Shown here one piece after another: positions 1 through 9,688 of a stretch of 64,000 nucleotides of DNA. A program made the translations under genes and the position numbers. Origin of the DNA: Ruminococcus sp. (GTDB taxonomy: Bacteria; Bacillota; Clostridia; Oscillospirales; Acutalibacteraceae); contig JAXJYO010000048.1 in assembly GCA_036306945.1 (NCBI GenBank), positions 604 through 64,603 on the forward strand, in the 5' to 3' direction. How positions within the stretch are numbered: the first letter of the stretch is position 1; the number at the start of each line of letters is the position of its first letter. The notes beneath the pieces are model-generated. The model was given only the letters and a program-made list of their open reading frames with translations. It was not told where the DNA came from and ran no database searches.

Positions 1-162
1 TTGAAGATTGCGGCTTTCGTCAAAGTTGTTTATCGCCTTGGCAAGACCCAGACAGCCTGAAGCAAAAAGTTCTTCATATTCAATTCCCTTTCCCGAAAAT
101 CTCTTGCAACAGGCATGAACAAGCCCCATATTATTTTCGGCAATCTTGTTTTTATCGGTCAT
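1..162 (-). CDS. sigF: Sporulation sigma factor SigF (SpoIIAC), N-terminal 54 codons; gene continues past the window start
   Basis: Minus-strand translation from the ATG at 160-162 gives MTDKNKIAENNMGLVHACCKRFSGKGIEYEELFASGCLGLAKAINNFDESRNLQ, which looks like sigma-70 region 2. The ATG overlaps the spoIIAB TGA (ATGA coupling). Gene order matches the canonical spoIIAA-spoIIAB-sigF. Confidence 0.8.
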   Translation of the reverse strand, partial: MTDKNKIAENNMGLVHACCKRFSGKGIEYEELFASGCLGLAKAINNFDESRNLQ

Positions 163-593
163 AGCTCTTTTTTAATCGTCTTTTCAAGCGTTACGGTCGT
201 CCCTTTTTCGGGAACGGATTTTACCTTTACCTTGTCGCAGAAACTTTGCATAACGGCAAATCCAAGTCCTGCACGCTCTTCCTCAGGTGCAGTTGTAAAG
301 AGCGGTTCCATAGCTTTTTTTACGTCCTCAATTCCGCAGCCTTTGTCACGGATCTTGATGATGACCTTGTTTGTATCGGTGATTTTTCCCTTTATGTAAA
401 TAGTGCCGTCATTTCTTCGGTAACCGTGAACAATGCAGTTTGTTACGGCTTCGGATACAGCGGTTTTGATGTCGCTGAGTTCATTTATCGTAGGGTCAAG
501 GTTCATCACAAATGCAGCAACAACGCTTCTTGCAAATGATTCGTTACAGCTTTTTGACGGAAAGCTTATGCTCATTTCGTTTACGGTTTTCAT
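159..593 (-). CDS. spoIIAB: Anti-sigma F factor (serine kinase) SpoIIAB
   Basis: 144-aa ORF with GHKL-type motifs (AVSEAVTNCIVHGY, GLGFAVM). It is translationally coupled to both neighbours. Confidence 0.9.
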   Translation of the reverse strand: MKTVNEMSISFPSKSCNESFARSVVAAFVMNLDPTINELSDIKTAVSEAVTNCIVHGYRRNDGTIYIKGKITDTNKVIIKIRDKGCGIEDVKKAMEPLFTTAPEEERAGLGFAVMQSFCDKVKVKSVPEKGTTVTLEKTIKKEL

Positions 594-892
594 CTTAATA
601 CCCCCAATCCTTCAAGTCCTGACATTGCGAAAATTCTGTACATACTGTCGGGAATGTTTGTAACTCTGAGAGTTCCGCCGAGCAGTTGCATTCTGCGGTA
701 TCTTCCCATCACAAGTCCGATCCCTGATGAGTCCATAAATGATACACCCGAAAAATCAAGGCACAGAAGTTTTGGTTTGAGTGATTGTGCGGCTCCGTCT
801 ATCTGAGTGCGGATCTTTGCGGCAGAGTCGTGGTCGATCTCGCCGTCTATGTATGCAGTCAGAATATTATTTTTATAATCTGTTCTTAACAT
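590..892 (-). CDS. spoIIAA: Anti-sigma F factor antagonist SpoIIAA (STAS domain)
   Basis: STAS motif FMDSSGIGLV. Start trimmed to the ATG at 892 (MLRTDYKNN), which is preceded by an AAAGGAAGG RBS. The longer track ORF starts on a TTG inside a terminator hairpin. Confidence 0.85.
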   Translation of the reverse strand: MLRTDYKNNILTAYIDGEIDHDSAAKIRTQIDGAAQSLKPKLLCLDFSGVSFMDSSGIGLVMGRYRRMQLLGGTLRVTNIPDSMYRIFAMSGLEGLGVLR

Positions 893-918
893 TTCAACCT
901 TCCTTTGTGTTGTAATTT

Positions 919-960
919 CAAAATAAAAACACCATACCAATATATTAATTAGTATGGTGT
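919..960 (-). terminator. Rho-independent terminator after folC
   Basis: The 9-bp stem ACACCATAC/GTATGGTGT (929-937 with 952-960) is followed on the minus strand by TTTTTATTTT. Confidence 0.6.
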
Positions 961-994
961 AAAAAATTTGTTTTATTCTGTTGTTTTTAAAATT

Positions 995-2275
995 TTATTT
1001 TCCGATAACGTAAGGTCTTATTTCTCCTGCAAGGTACAGAGAACCGCAAATCATAACAACGCTGTCGGTTTCTTTTGCCTCATCAACTGCAAGGTCAAAA
1101 GCTTTTTCCGGACTTTCGCAGAAAGTGACCTCGTTAAAATGTCCGTTGCATTTTTCGGCAAGCATTTCAGCAGAAATCGCCCTCGGATTGTTGACAGGAA
1201 CACAGATAACCTTGTCAAACGTGTGTGCAAGAAGTTTTATTGAACTGTCTATGTCCTTGTCGGCAAGCATACCGAGAATACATATAATACGCTTGTCGGA
1301 AAGATGCTTGCTGATGAAATGCTGAAGTGCATCAATTCCGTCGGGGTTGTGTGCACCGTCGAGAAGGACAGTAGGATTTTGCCTGAGTGTTTCAAGTCTT
1401 GCCGGATTTACGGCTTTTGCAAAGCCTTTAACAATGTTTTCATCAGTAATTTTAAGCAAATTATTTTTGCGGAGTGCCTCAATTGCGGAAAGCGCAGTTT
1501 TTGCATTTTCAAGCTGATGGTTGCCTGCAAGAGATAGCTTTAATTCGATGTCGTCATAGCCAAAGATGCTTCCCGATAGACTTTCTTCTTTAATATTGAG
1601 AGCTATATTTTCAGCCTTATAAAGCGGAATATCAAGATTTTTTGCAGTGTTTTCGATGACACGCATTGCATTTTCATTCTGAACAGAGGTCACTGCAATA
1701 GAATTTTTCTTGAGAATACCGCATTTTTGCTCTGCGATTTTTTCAATTGTATTGCCTAAAATAGCGGTGTGATCAAGTCCGATTGATGTGAGCACTGAGC
1801 ACAGCGGAGGGTTGATTACATTTGTGCAGTCAAGAAGTCCGCCCAAACCTGTTTCAAGCACGACAACATCACATTCAGCCTGCGAATGAATGTAGAATTG
1901 CAGTGCATTGACGTACTCAAATTCGGTTATTACAATGCCTTCGCTCTGTAGCTGTTCTATAAGAGGAAAAGTTTTTTCGACCGCAGAAGAGAGAATTTCT
2001 TTGCTTATCATCTGATTATTTATCTGAATTCGCTCTCTGAAATCGGTGATGTACGGAGATATAAAAAGTCCTGTTTTGTAGCCTGCTTCAACAAGAACTG
2101 AGGAAAGCATTGCGCAGACAGAACCTTTGCCGTTGGTTCCGGCAACGTGAATATATTTTAGTTTGTCCTGAGGATTTCCCATTCTGTCGAGCAGAGTGAG
2201 AACTCTGTCGAGCCCCGGACGTGATCCGAAGGTGAGTAGAGAGTGGATTTTTTTAAGTGCATTTTCGTAGGTCAT
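995..2275 (-). CDS. folC: Bifunctional folylpolyglutamate synthase / dihydrofolate synthase
   Basis: 426-aa ORF with the Mur-ligase P-loop HVAGTNGKGS and FolC-like overall pattern. Its start overlaps the rsmI stop. Confidence 0.9.
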   Translation of the reverse strand: MTYENALKKIHSLLTFGSRPGLDRVLTLLDRMGNPQDKLKYIHVAGTNGKGSVCAMLSSVLVEAGYKTGLFISPYITDFRERIQINNQMISKEILSSAVEKTFPLIEQLQSEGIVITEFEYVNALQFYIHSQAECDVVVLETGLGGLLDCTNVINPPLCSVLTSIGLDHTAILGNTIEKIAEQKCGILKKNSIAVTSVQNENAMRVIENTAKNLDIPLYKAENIALNIKEESLSGSIFGYDDIELKLSLAGNHQLENAKTALSAIEALRKNNLLKITDENIVKGFAKAVNPARLETLRQNPTVLLDGAHNPDGIDALQHFISKHLSDKRIICILGMLADKDIDSSIKLLAHTFDKVICVPVNNPRAISAEMLAEKCNGHFNEVTFCESPEKAFDLAVDEAKETDSVVMICGSLYLAGEIRPYVIGK

Positions 2276-3099
2276 TACAATAACTCCCTGTAGATTTCGT
2301 TTTTCTTAAAGCCTGTCATTGCGGCGGCTTGCTTTGCGGCTTCGGTAGGCTTTTCACCGTTTTCAATAAGCTTTTTGGCTGTTTCAACGGCATATTCAAG
2401 GGTCAATTCTTCGGTTTCTTCAACCTTTGGTGCGCCTTCAAGCACAAGAACAAATTCGCCTTTTAAACTTCCGTCTGCATAGTTTTCAGCGGCATATTTT
2501 GTTGTTGTGCGGATAACTTCCTCATGAATTTTTGTAAGTTCACGCACGATGGACAGTTTTCTGTCACCAAAGTTGGCGTAAAGGTCACGCAGGGTAGAGG
2601 GAAGTTTATGAGGTGCTTCGTAGAATATCATAGTGCGATGCTCGTTTTTAAGGCTCTGCAAATGTTCATTTCTGCTCTTTTTGTTGACGCTGATAAAGCC
2701 TTCAAAAGTGAAACGACCTGTGTCAAGACCCGATATTGCAAGAGCCGAAATAACAGCACTCGGACCGGGAATTACAACGGTTTTTATGCCTCTTTCCTCG
2801 CACAGTTTGATTAAATCTTCGCCGGGGTCGGAAATACACGGCATACCTGCATCGGTTACGATTGCACAGTTTTCGCCTTCTTCAATTCTTTTACAGATGA
2901 TCTCGCCTCGTTCACGCTTGTTGTGCTCATAATAGCTTACCATAGGCTTTTTTATGCCAAAGTGGTTGAGCAGTTTGAGGGTAACTCTTGTGTCCTCAGC
3001 GGCAATAAAATCAACGCTTTCAAGCGTCTGCACGGCTCTCGGAGAGAGGTCGGACAGATTACCTATAGGTGTTCCCGTAACATATAAAATTCCACTCAT
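2275..3099 (-). CDS. rsmI: 16S rRNA (cytidine1402-2'-O)-methyltransferase
   Basis: 274 aa. N-terminus LYVTGTPIGNLSDLSPRA and a tetrapyrrole-methylase fold pattern typical of RsmI. Confidence 0.9.
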   Translation of the reverse strand: MSGILYVTGTPIGNLSDLSPRAVQTLESVDFIAAEDTRVTLKLLNHFGIKKPMVSYYEHNKRERGEIICKRIEEGENCAIVTDAGMPCISDPGEDLIKLCEERGIKTVVIPGPSAVISALAISGLDTGRFTFEGFISVNKKSRNEHLQSLKNEHRTMIFYEAPHKLPSTLRDLYANFGDRKLSIVRELTKIHEEVIRTTTKYAAENYADGSLKGEFVLVLEGAPKVEETEELTLEYAVETAKKLIENGEKPTEAAKQAAAMTGFKKNEIYRELL

Positions 3100-3102
3100 A
3101 TT

Positions 3103-3852
3103 TTATCCTTTCGGTGTGTCAAACGGTTCTTTGTAGCAACCGTAAATATTCATCATTTCTTCTGAGAAATTTCCGTTTTCGTCTTCTATAAAAAGTGTGG
3201 GAAGAACATTCAAAAATCCCTTGTTTCCGCCTCGTCTGCCTTCAAGCAGGAAAAGTTTCGGTGCCTTAGCTTTTCTTTGCTGAACAAGTCTGAGAGTTTT
3301 TGGCTCAATTGCAAACTTACGCATCGACTCCATAACGTCGGCAAGGCGTTCGGGTCGCTGACATATGCAGAATTTTCCGCCGAACTGCAAGAGCTTTGAT
3401 GCACATTCGCAGATGTCATCAAGCGTACATTCTGTTTCGTGACGGGCAATCTGTTTTGCACTCTGAGGATTAGTGATTCCGCCTCCGCCGATTTTATAGG
3501 GTGGGTTGCACACTACAAGGTCGTAATATCCGAAGCTGAGTTTTCCCTTGAGTTTTTTTAAATCGGAGTTGAGAACGGTTATGTTGCCGGTCAGATTGTT
3601 ATATTCAACGCTTTTTTGTGCAAGTGTGCAGGCATAGCTTTGAATTTCAACAGCGGTGATTTCAAGATTTTTATTGTGTCTGCACCACAAAATCGGGATA
3701 GTTCCACAGCCAGTGCCGAGTTCAACACATTTTTTGCGTCCGACAGGTTTTGAAAAGTCAGCCAAAAGAATTGTATCTGTTGAAAAATGATAGCTGTCCG
3801 ACACATAGATGCTCATACCGTTACCGAGAGGCTCAAGATGAATGTTCTGCAT
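3103..3852 (-). CDS. SAM-dependent methyltransferase, tRNA1(Val) (adenine37-N6)-methyltransferase-like (YabB/TrmN6 family)
   Basis: SAM motif ELGTGCG and the N6-MTase motif CNPPYK. Start trimmed to the ATG at 3852 (MQNIHLEPLG) behind an AAGGAAAC RBS. Confidence 0.75.
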   Translation of the reverse strand: MQNIHLEPLGNGMSIYVSDSYHFSTDTILLADFSKPVGRKKCVELGTGCGTIPILWCRHNKNLEITAVEIQSYACTLAQKSVEYNNLTGNITVLNSDLKKLKGKLSFGYYDLVVCNPPYKIGGGGITNPQSAKQIARHETECTLDDICECASKLLQFGGKFCICQRPERLADVMESMRKFAIEPKTLRLVQQRKAKAPKLFLLEGRRGGNKGFLNVLPTLFIEDENGNFSEEMMNIYGCYKEPFDTPKG

Positions 3853-3969
3853 AGTAGTTTCCTTTATCAGAGAAATTTGTCTATAATATTTTATTATACT
3901 ACTTAAAATCACTTACGGCAAGTGTACGGAAAAAGAAAACCACGCACAGACATACCGTGCGTGGAATTT

Positions 3970-4182
3970 TTATTTTAAGGGCTTAGGATTGTTTGTTCTG
4001 CCGAGTATATAATCTGTTGAGGTTTGATAAAAGTCAGCAAGTTTGATTAAAATTTGCGTTGGTATATCGTTTTCGCCTGTTTCATATTTTGAATAGCCTG
4101 TTTGTGACATACCGAGAATTTCAGCAATTTGTTTTTGCGTTAAATCCTTATCTTCACGCAAATCACGGATACGTTTATACAA
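3970..4182 (-). CDS. XRE-family helix-turn-helix transcriptional regulator
   Basis: 70 aa with the classic HTH_3 pattern LTQKQIAEILGMSQTGYSKYETG. It lies 11 nt downstream of the ABC exporter pair. Confidence 0.8.
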   Translation of the reverse strand: MYKRIRDLREDKDLTQKQIAEILGMSQTGYSKYETGENDIPTQILIKLADFYQTSTDYILGRTNNPKPLK

Positions 4183-4193
4183 GTTTTATCACC

Positions 4194-5936
4194 TCAATTA
4201 GATTTTGCAAATTGGCTGTTATAAAGCGTATTGTAAAAACCGTTTTGGCTGAGAAGTTCCTCGTGACTGCCTTGCTCAATTATATTACCGTCCTTCATAA
4301 CGAGGATAACGTCACTTTCTTTAATCGTTGAAAGGCGGTGAGCGACAACAAAGCTTGTTCTGCCTTTCATCATCTTTGCAAAAGCCTTTTGTACTCTGAT
4401 TTCGGTGAGTGTATCAATTGAAGAAGTAGCTTCATCAAGAATGAGGATAGCAGGGTTAGTGACCATTGCCCTTGCAATACAGAGAAGCTGTTTTTGTCCC
4501 TGACTCAGGTTTCCGCCGACCTCGCTGATGATGGTATTATAGCCGTTTGGCATACGCCTTATAAAGCTGTGAGCATATGAAGCCTTTGCGGCGGATATTA
4601 TCTCTTCATCGGTGGCATTTTCATTGCCGTAGCGCAGGTTTTCCATAATCGTACCGCAGAACAGCCAACTATCCTGCAACACCATTCCGTACTGATTTCT
4701 GAGATTATCCCTCGACATTTCTTTGATGTCAACTCCGTCAACGGTAATTTTTCCGCTGTCGGTTTCGTAGAATCTCATCAGAAGATTGATGAAAGTAGTT
4801 TTTCCGCAGCCGGTCGGTCCGACTATGGCAACGTGACTTCCGCTTTTGACATCAAGCGAAAAGTAGGTGATAAGCGGTTTTTCCTTTGTGTATGAAAAGC
4901 ATACGTTTTCGATTTTTACATTACCTTTGCAAGTGTCGAGATTTTTACTGTCTGCGGGGTCGGGAATTTCATTTTCGGCTTCGAGAACTTCAAAAACTCG
5001 AGATGCAGCGGCAAGTGCTGTTTGCAACTGGGTCAGAACTCCAGTGACTTCGTTGAAAGGCTTTGTGTATTGGTTTGCGTATGTCAGAAAGCACGAAAGC
5101 TGTCCGACAGATAGTGTGCCGGAAATTGCCGTAATTGCACCGAAAATTCCCACCGCGGCATATACCATTGAGTTTACAAATCGTGTGCTCGGGTTTGCCA
5201 GTGCACCTGCAAACTGGGCTTTGAATCCTACATCATACAGCTTTGTATTGAATTTTTCAAAGTCCTCAAATGCTCGGTCCTCATATGAAAATGATTTTAC
5301 AATTTGCTGATTTCCGACGTGTTCTTCTACGAATGAAGAAATCTCACCTTGTAAAATCTGTTGTTCTCTGAATGTTTTATGCGACATTTTGCCGATGAAT
5401 GTGGCTACAAACAGCGAAAGCGGAGTGAGCACAACGACCGTGAGTGCAATTCTCCAATCAATCATAAGCATAAATATCAGCGTACCGATTATTGTGATGA
5501 TGCCGGAAAAAAGCTGTAAAAACATCTGTGTAAGACCGTCACCGACAGCCTCAACGTCGTTTATAACACGGCTGATCAGATCGCCGTGCTTGTGTGTGTC
5601 GATGTAGGAGAGAGGGACGTTGTTGAATTTTTCAAATACCTCACGTCGCAAATCTCTTACTGTTTTGTAGCTGATAATATTCGTAAAGTAGTTCATCGTC
5701 CACTGAAAAACGGTTAAGCCGACAATGCCTATCGCAATATAAATCAAAATCTGTACGATATTTTCAAAGTTAACATTTCCTTTGTCGATGATATTGTCGA
5801 TTGCCTGACCCGTGAGGACAGGAATATAAAGCGTGAGTGAAACGCTTATTACTGCGCTGAGCAGTGCAAGCAAAAGATAGCCGGTATATGGCTTTATCTT
5901 GCTGAGAATCTTTGAAACGGTTGATTTGTTTTTCAT
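4194..5936 (-). CDS. ABC transporter ATP-binding protein/permease (exporter half-transporter)
   Basis: 580 aa with an N-terminal 6-TM domain, Walker A GPTGCGKTT, signature LSQGQKQLL and Walker B ILILDEATS. It overlaps the upstream partner by 4 nt. Confidence 0.9.
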   Translation of the reverse strand: MKNKSTVSKILSKIKPYTGYLLLALLSAVISVSLTLYIPVLTGQAIDNIIDKGNVNFENIVQILIYIAIGIVGLTVFQWTMNYFTNIISYKTVRDLRREVFEKFNNVPLSYIDTHKHGDLISRVINDVEAVGDGLTQMFLQLFSGIITIIGTLIFMLMIDWRIALTVVVLTPLSLFVATFIGKMSHKTFREQQILQGEISSFVEEHVGNQQIVKSFSYEDRAFEDFEKFNTKLYDVGFKAQFAGALANPSTRFVNSMVYAAVGIFGAITAISGTLSVGQLSCFLTYANQYTKPFNEVTGVLTQLQTALAAASRVFEVLEAENEIPDPADSKNLDTCKGNVKIENVCFSYTKEKPLITYFSLDVKSGSHVAIVGPTGCGKTTFINLLMRFYETDSGKITVDGVDIKEMSRDNLRNQYGMVLQDSWLFCGTIMENLRYGNENATDEEIISAAKASYAHSFIRRMPNGYNTIISEVGGNLSQGQKQLLCIARAMVTNPAILILDEATSSIDTLTEIRVQKAFAKMMKGRTSFVVAHRLSTIKESDVILVMKDGNIIEQGSHEELLSQNGFYNTLYNSQFAKSN

Positions 5937-7672
5937 TTTTTAACCTCCGTTTCATTGAGCTGTGAAAGGCAGATTTCACGGTAAGTTTCACAGTTTTCAA
6001 ATAATTCCTCGTGCGTGCCCTTGCCGACAAGTTCACCGTCATCAAGTACCAAAATCAAATCTGCATTTTTTATCGTTGAACAACGCTGTGTAACGATGAT
6101 AACGGTCATATTGCTTGTGCTTTCTTTCAGAGCTTTTCTGAGAGCCGCATCTGTTGCAAAGTCAAGTGCCGAAAAACTGTCATCGAGCATAAGAATATCA
6201 GGATTTCCCGTGATAGCCCTTGCAATGCAGAGTCGCTGACGCTGTCCGCCGCTGAAATTTTTTCCGCCTTGTTCAACTCGGCTGTCAAGTCCTTTGGGAA
6301 GTTTTGAAACAAATTCATAAGCCTGTGCAATTTTCAATGCATTTATAATTTCCTCGTCAGTTGCATTTTTGTTCTGCCATTTCATATTATCCCTGATCGT
6401 ACCGCTGAAAAGTATTGATTGCTGAGGCACAATTCCAATCTGAGAACGCAACTGAACAAACGGGTAATCTTTTACGTTTCTGCCGTCAACGCTGACACAA
6501 CCTTCTTTCACATCATAAAAACGCGGAATGAGATTTATCAGCGTGCTTTTACCGCAACCCGTACCGCCGATGATTCCCACAGTTTGTCCACGCTTAATAT
6601 CAAAGCTGATGTTGCTGAGTTCATCATCGCCGTCATCATAGTTGAAGCTGACATTTTCAAAGCTGATTTTCGGTGTATTTATGTCTGTACTGATTTTTAT
6701 ATTTTCGTGATTTGTTTCTACAACACTCGGTTGTGTTTCAAATATTTCATTGATTCTTGCGGCACTCGCACTTGCCTTGGTTATGAGAAATACAAGGTTA
6801 GCAACAACTATCATTGCAAGCAAAATCTGTGTCATATAGTTTACAAGAGCGATGATATCGCCCGACAGCATACCGTTTCCGTTGTCAACGTTGATTGCGC
6901 CGAACCATATGATAGCTATGATCGCAATATTTGTTACTGCGTAGGTAACAGGACTCAAAAGCGCAGAAAGACGGCTGACTCTTATCGAGGTTTTTGCCAA
7001 ATCTTCTGTAGCTGTGTCGATGCGTTCTTTTTCACTTTTTTGCTTTGAAAAAGCCCTGATAACACGGTTTCCCGAAAGATTTTCACGGGAGATAAGCCCG
7101 ATTTTATCGAGCTTTTTCTGAATTGCAGAGAAAATAGGAATGCTTCGTGTCATTATAAAATAGAGTGTGAGTCCGATTAAAAGTGCGGCTATAAAGAAAA
7201 TTATGGACATCTCCATATTGATGGTCATAGCCATAACGAGTGCACCCACTACGATGAACGGTGCACGGGTCAAAAGGCGGATTCCCATGGCAACCGTCTG
7301 CTGAACCTGATTTATGTCATTCGTGATTCGGGTTATGAGCGACGGAGTACCGAGCTTGTCGAGTTCAGCGTGGGAGAGCGTGTTGATGTGGGCAAACAGC
7401 TCTCGTCTGATTTTTGTTCCCACGCCCTGAGAAGCCTTTGAAGCGAGATACTGGCACACGAGTGCGCTTAAAAGTCCCACCACCCCGAGCAAAACGAGCA
7501 CACCGCCCATTTTCAGGACATAACCGCTGTCACCGTTTTTTACTCCGACGTCAATTATGCTCGCCATAACCATAGGTACAAGCAGTTCGAGTATCGCCTC
7601 CAAAAGCTTGCAAAGCGGTCCGATTATACATTCCTTTTTGTAGTCTTTTAAAAATCTTCTTAACTTAAACAT
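5933..7672 (-). CDS. ABC transporter ATP-binding protein/permease (exporter half-transporter, heterodimer partner)
   Basis: Walker A GGTGCGKST, signature FSGGQRQRL, Walker B ILMLDDSFS. Start set to the ATG at 7672 (MFKLRRFLKDYKK); the track ORF extends to a GTG at 7726. Confidence 0.9.
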   Translation of the reverse strand: MFKLRRFLKDYKKECIIGPLCKLLEAILELLVPMVMASIIDVGVKNGDSGYVLKMGGVLVLLGVVGLLSALVCQYLASKASQGVGTKIRRELFAHINTLSHAELDKLGTPSLITRITNDINQVQQTVAMGIRLLTRAPFIVVGALVMAMTINMEMSIIFFIAALLIGLTLYFIMTRSIPIFSAIQKKLDKIGLISRENLSGNRVIRAFSKQKSEKERIDTATEDLAKTSIRVSRLSALLSPVTYAVTNIAIIAIIWFGAINVDNGNGMLSGDIIALVNYMTQILLAMIVVANLVFLITKASASAARINEIFETQPSVVETNHENIKISTDINTPKISFENVSFNYDDGDDELSNISFDIKRGQTVGIIGGTGCGKSTLINLIPRFYDVKEGCVSVDGRNVKDYPFVQLRSQIGIVPQQSILFSGTIRDNMKWQNKNATDEEIINALKIAQAYEFVSKLPKGLDSRVEQGGKNFSGGQRQRLCIARAITGNPDILMLDDSFSALDFATDAALRKALKESTSNMTVIIVTQRCSTIKNADLILVLDDGELVGKGTHEELFENCETYREICLSQLNETEVKK

Positions 7673-7781
7673 TTTCAGTTCCTGTCTTGTGCATTTTATC
7701 ATTAAATTCCGAGAGGCTGTATTCACTAATTGAAAACAGGGTCACATTGTTATTTTACACCAAAAACTTACATTCATCAAC

Positions 7782-7825
7782 CTAAAAATAAAATGCCCGA
7801 ACAAAGCATAAACTCTGTTCAGGCA
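7782..7825 (-). terminator. Rho-independent terminator after the FtsX-permease gene; copy 1 of a 44-nt direct repeat
   Basis: The minus strand reads TGCCTGAACA-loop-TGTTCGGGCA followed by TTTTATTTTT. It is 43/44 identical to 10368-10411. The single difference is a G-U wobble on the minus-strand RNA. Confidence 0.7.
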
Positions 7826-7832
7826 AAGAATA

Positions 7833-9041
7833 TTAGTTTTCAAGCATTATTTCTTTTATAGAAATATGTTTGATTCTCAACGAATAAAAATATATTATAA
7901 ATTCATATACGATGATGAATGTAACCAGCGAAAATGTAAAGGTAACAAAGTCAAAGTTGTATTCAGGAATATTTGCAACGTCTTTGAAAACGACGCTTAC
8001 CGTAATTTTTAACAGAACAAACTGATAAACCGTGCCTATTGCAAAGCCGATATAAGCAAGGGGTCGATAACCGTTAAGAATAGAGTTTTTGCAATCCTTG
8101 TATGAATATCCGAATACCTGCATCATAGCAATGGTTTTAGTATTGGAATTTACAACCGTTGTTATGCCGAGAAATAGGGTGGTAAAGGAAAGCACCAAAC
8201 CAATCGTAATAGTCATAAATGAGAACATCTCGCTTGCAAGTTCGTCCATACTGAAGGACATTTGAGTCATCGCTGAATAGCAAAATGATGCAAAAATAAT
8301 GAAAAATACGAGAGATGCTCTGCTTTTGACCGTAGATTTTTTAAGTTCTGTGATGAAAGGCAGATTTTTGTCAGTTTTATTCTTGAGTTTTTTGATTTTA
8401 TCTTTCGTTTTTCCTTTGGATGTGAGAAGCTGTAAGGCAGGCTGTCTTAGCATTATCAAACTATAAAGCACTGAGAGTACGGCAAAAATTACTGACGGCA
8501 GAATGACAAGTGCAAGAAACAGTTCAATGTGGAAGCTTATCGGAATTTCAGGAAGTAAATCTCCATTGCTTTGAACTTCATAGAAAGCCGGCATTAGCAG
8601 AAATGAGGAGAAAAATCCCAATAAAGTTCCGATGAATATGCTTAGTCCGAATACCCAGAAGTTCTTTGCAATTTTTATGTTTGAGTAACCCAATGCTTTT
8701 AAAATGCCCAGATTTCTGCGATGAACATCAATATAGTGCTTAATGTAGAAAAACAGCATTATCACCGATGTAAAAAGCAGACAACCTCCGCTGACAGCAC
8801 TTACCACCTGACCTGTCATTACCATTGCATCGTATAGAGCCATAATTTGAGGTGAGTTGATTTGCTCTTCAACTGTTGCAAAGTCCATATTGAAATTCAA
8901 AAACAATGTACAGATGAAAACAGCGCAAAAGGAGATTATCATAATTCCAAATTGTTTTGTAATGTTCTTTAATCCTACAACCACAAAATCACCAGCCAAT
9001 CTCGTAAGCAGTTTTCTGAACGTTATTTTTATGGATATCAA
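7833..9041 (-). CDS. ABC transporter permease, FtsX family
   Basis: Multi-TM ORF with FtsX-like repeats, immediately after an ABC ATPase. The true start may be the GTG at 8984 (MVVGLKNITKQFG), 4 nt after the ATPase stop, rather than the 53-nt-overlapping ATG at 9041. Confidence 0.8.
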   Translation of the reverse strand: MISIKITFRKLLTRLAGDFVVVGLKNITKQFGIMIISFCAVFICTLFLNFNMDFATVEEQINSPQIMALYDAMVMTGQVVSAVSGGCLLFTSVIMLFFYIKHYIDVHRRNLGILKALGYSNIKIAKNFWVFGLSIFIGTLLGFFSSFLLMPAFYEVQSNGDLLPEIPISFHIELFLALVILPSVIFAVLSVLYSLIMLRQPALQLLTSKGKTKDKIKKLKNKTDKNLPFITELKKSTVKSRASLVFFIIFASFCYSAMTQMSFSMDELASEMFSFMTITIGLVLSFTTLFLGITTVVNSNTKTIAMMQVFGYSYKDCKNSILNGYRPLAYIGFAIGTVYQFVLLKITVSVVFKDVANIPEYNFDFVTFTFSLVTFIIVYEFIIYFYSLRIKHISIKEIMLEN

Positions 9042-9681
9042 CGATTTTACCGCTGTTCATTTTAATGACAGTGCTTGCCATTTCTGCAATGTTTGAATTG
9101 TGAGTAACCATAATCATTGTGAATTTGAGTTCTTTTTGAAGTTTGCAGATGTAATCAAGTATGAGTCTGCCGGTTTCCTCGTCAAGCGCACCGGTGGGTT
9201 CATCAAGGAAGAGTACCTTTGGTTTTTTGGCAAGAGCTCTTGCGATTGAAACTCTCTGTTGTTCACCGCCGCTTAATTCTGCAGGAAGCTTATTCATTTT
9301 ATCTTCAAGACCTACGGATTTGATAATATCTTTGTAATCCTTGTTACCTGCAAGGTCGGCTCCCATTTTGACATTTTTGTCAACGTTGAGGTTCGGGAGA
9401 AGGTAGTATTGCTGAAAAATGAAACCGATGTTTTCTTTTCTGAATTTTGTAAGCTGAGTTTCGTTGTATGCAGTGATGTCCTCGTCGTCATATGTAATAG
9501 TTCCGCTGTCAGGCTTTTCGAGTCCCGAAATTACATTCAGCAGAGTTGATTTTCCTGAACCGGAAGCACCTAAAATAACGGCAAAATCGCCGTCATTGAT
9601 TTCGAGGTCAATTCCTTTTAATACGTTGATAGTATTGAGTTTGTTTCCGAAAGACTTTTTTATATTCTGTATCTTGATCAA
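8989..9681 (-). CDS. ABC transporter ATP-binding protein (MacB/LolD-like)
   Basis: 230 aa with Walker A GASGSGKST, signature LSGGEQQRV and Walker B VLFLDEPTG. Confidence 0.9.
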   Translation of the reverse strand: MIKIQNIKKSFGNKLNTINVLKGIDLEINDGDFAVILGASGSGKSTLLNVISGLEKPDSGTITYDDEDITAYNETQLTKFRKENIGFIFQQYYLLPNLNVDKNVKMGADLAGNKDYKDIIKSVGLEDKMNKLPAELSGGEQQRVSIARALAKKPKVLFLDEPTGALDEETGRLILDYICKLQKELKFTMIMVTHNSNIAEMASTVIKMNSGKIVDIHKNNVQKTAYEIGW

Positions 9682-9688
9682 AGCGGTA

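Noticed and set aside
6419-7048. A 209-aa plus-strand ORF. Similar antisense ORFs occur at 4867-5310, 10420-10857, 28032-28466 and 59372-59764.
   Set aside because: All lie fully inside, and antisense to, strongly supported genes (ABC exporters, gpmI, rimO, ptsI). None has a motif.
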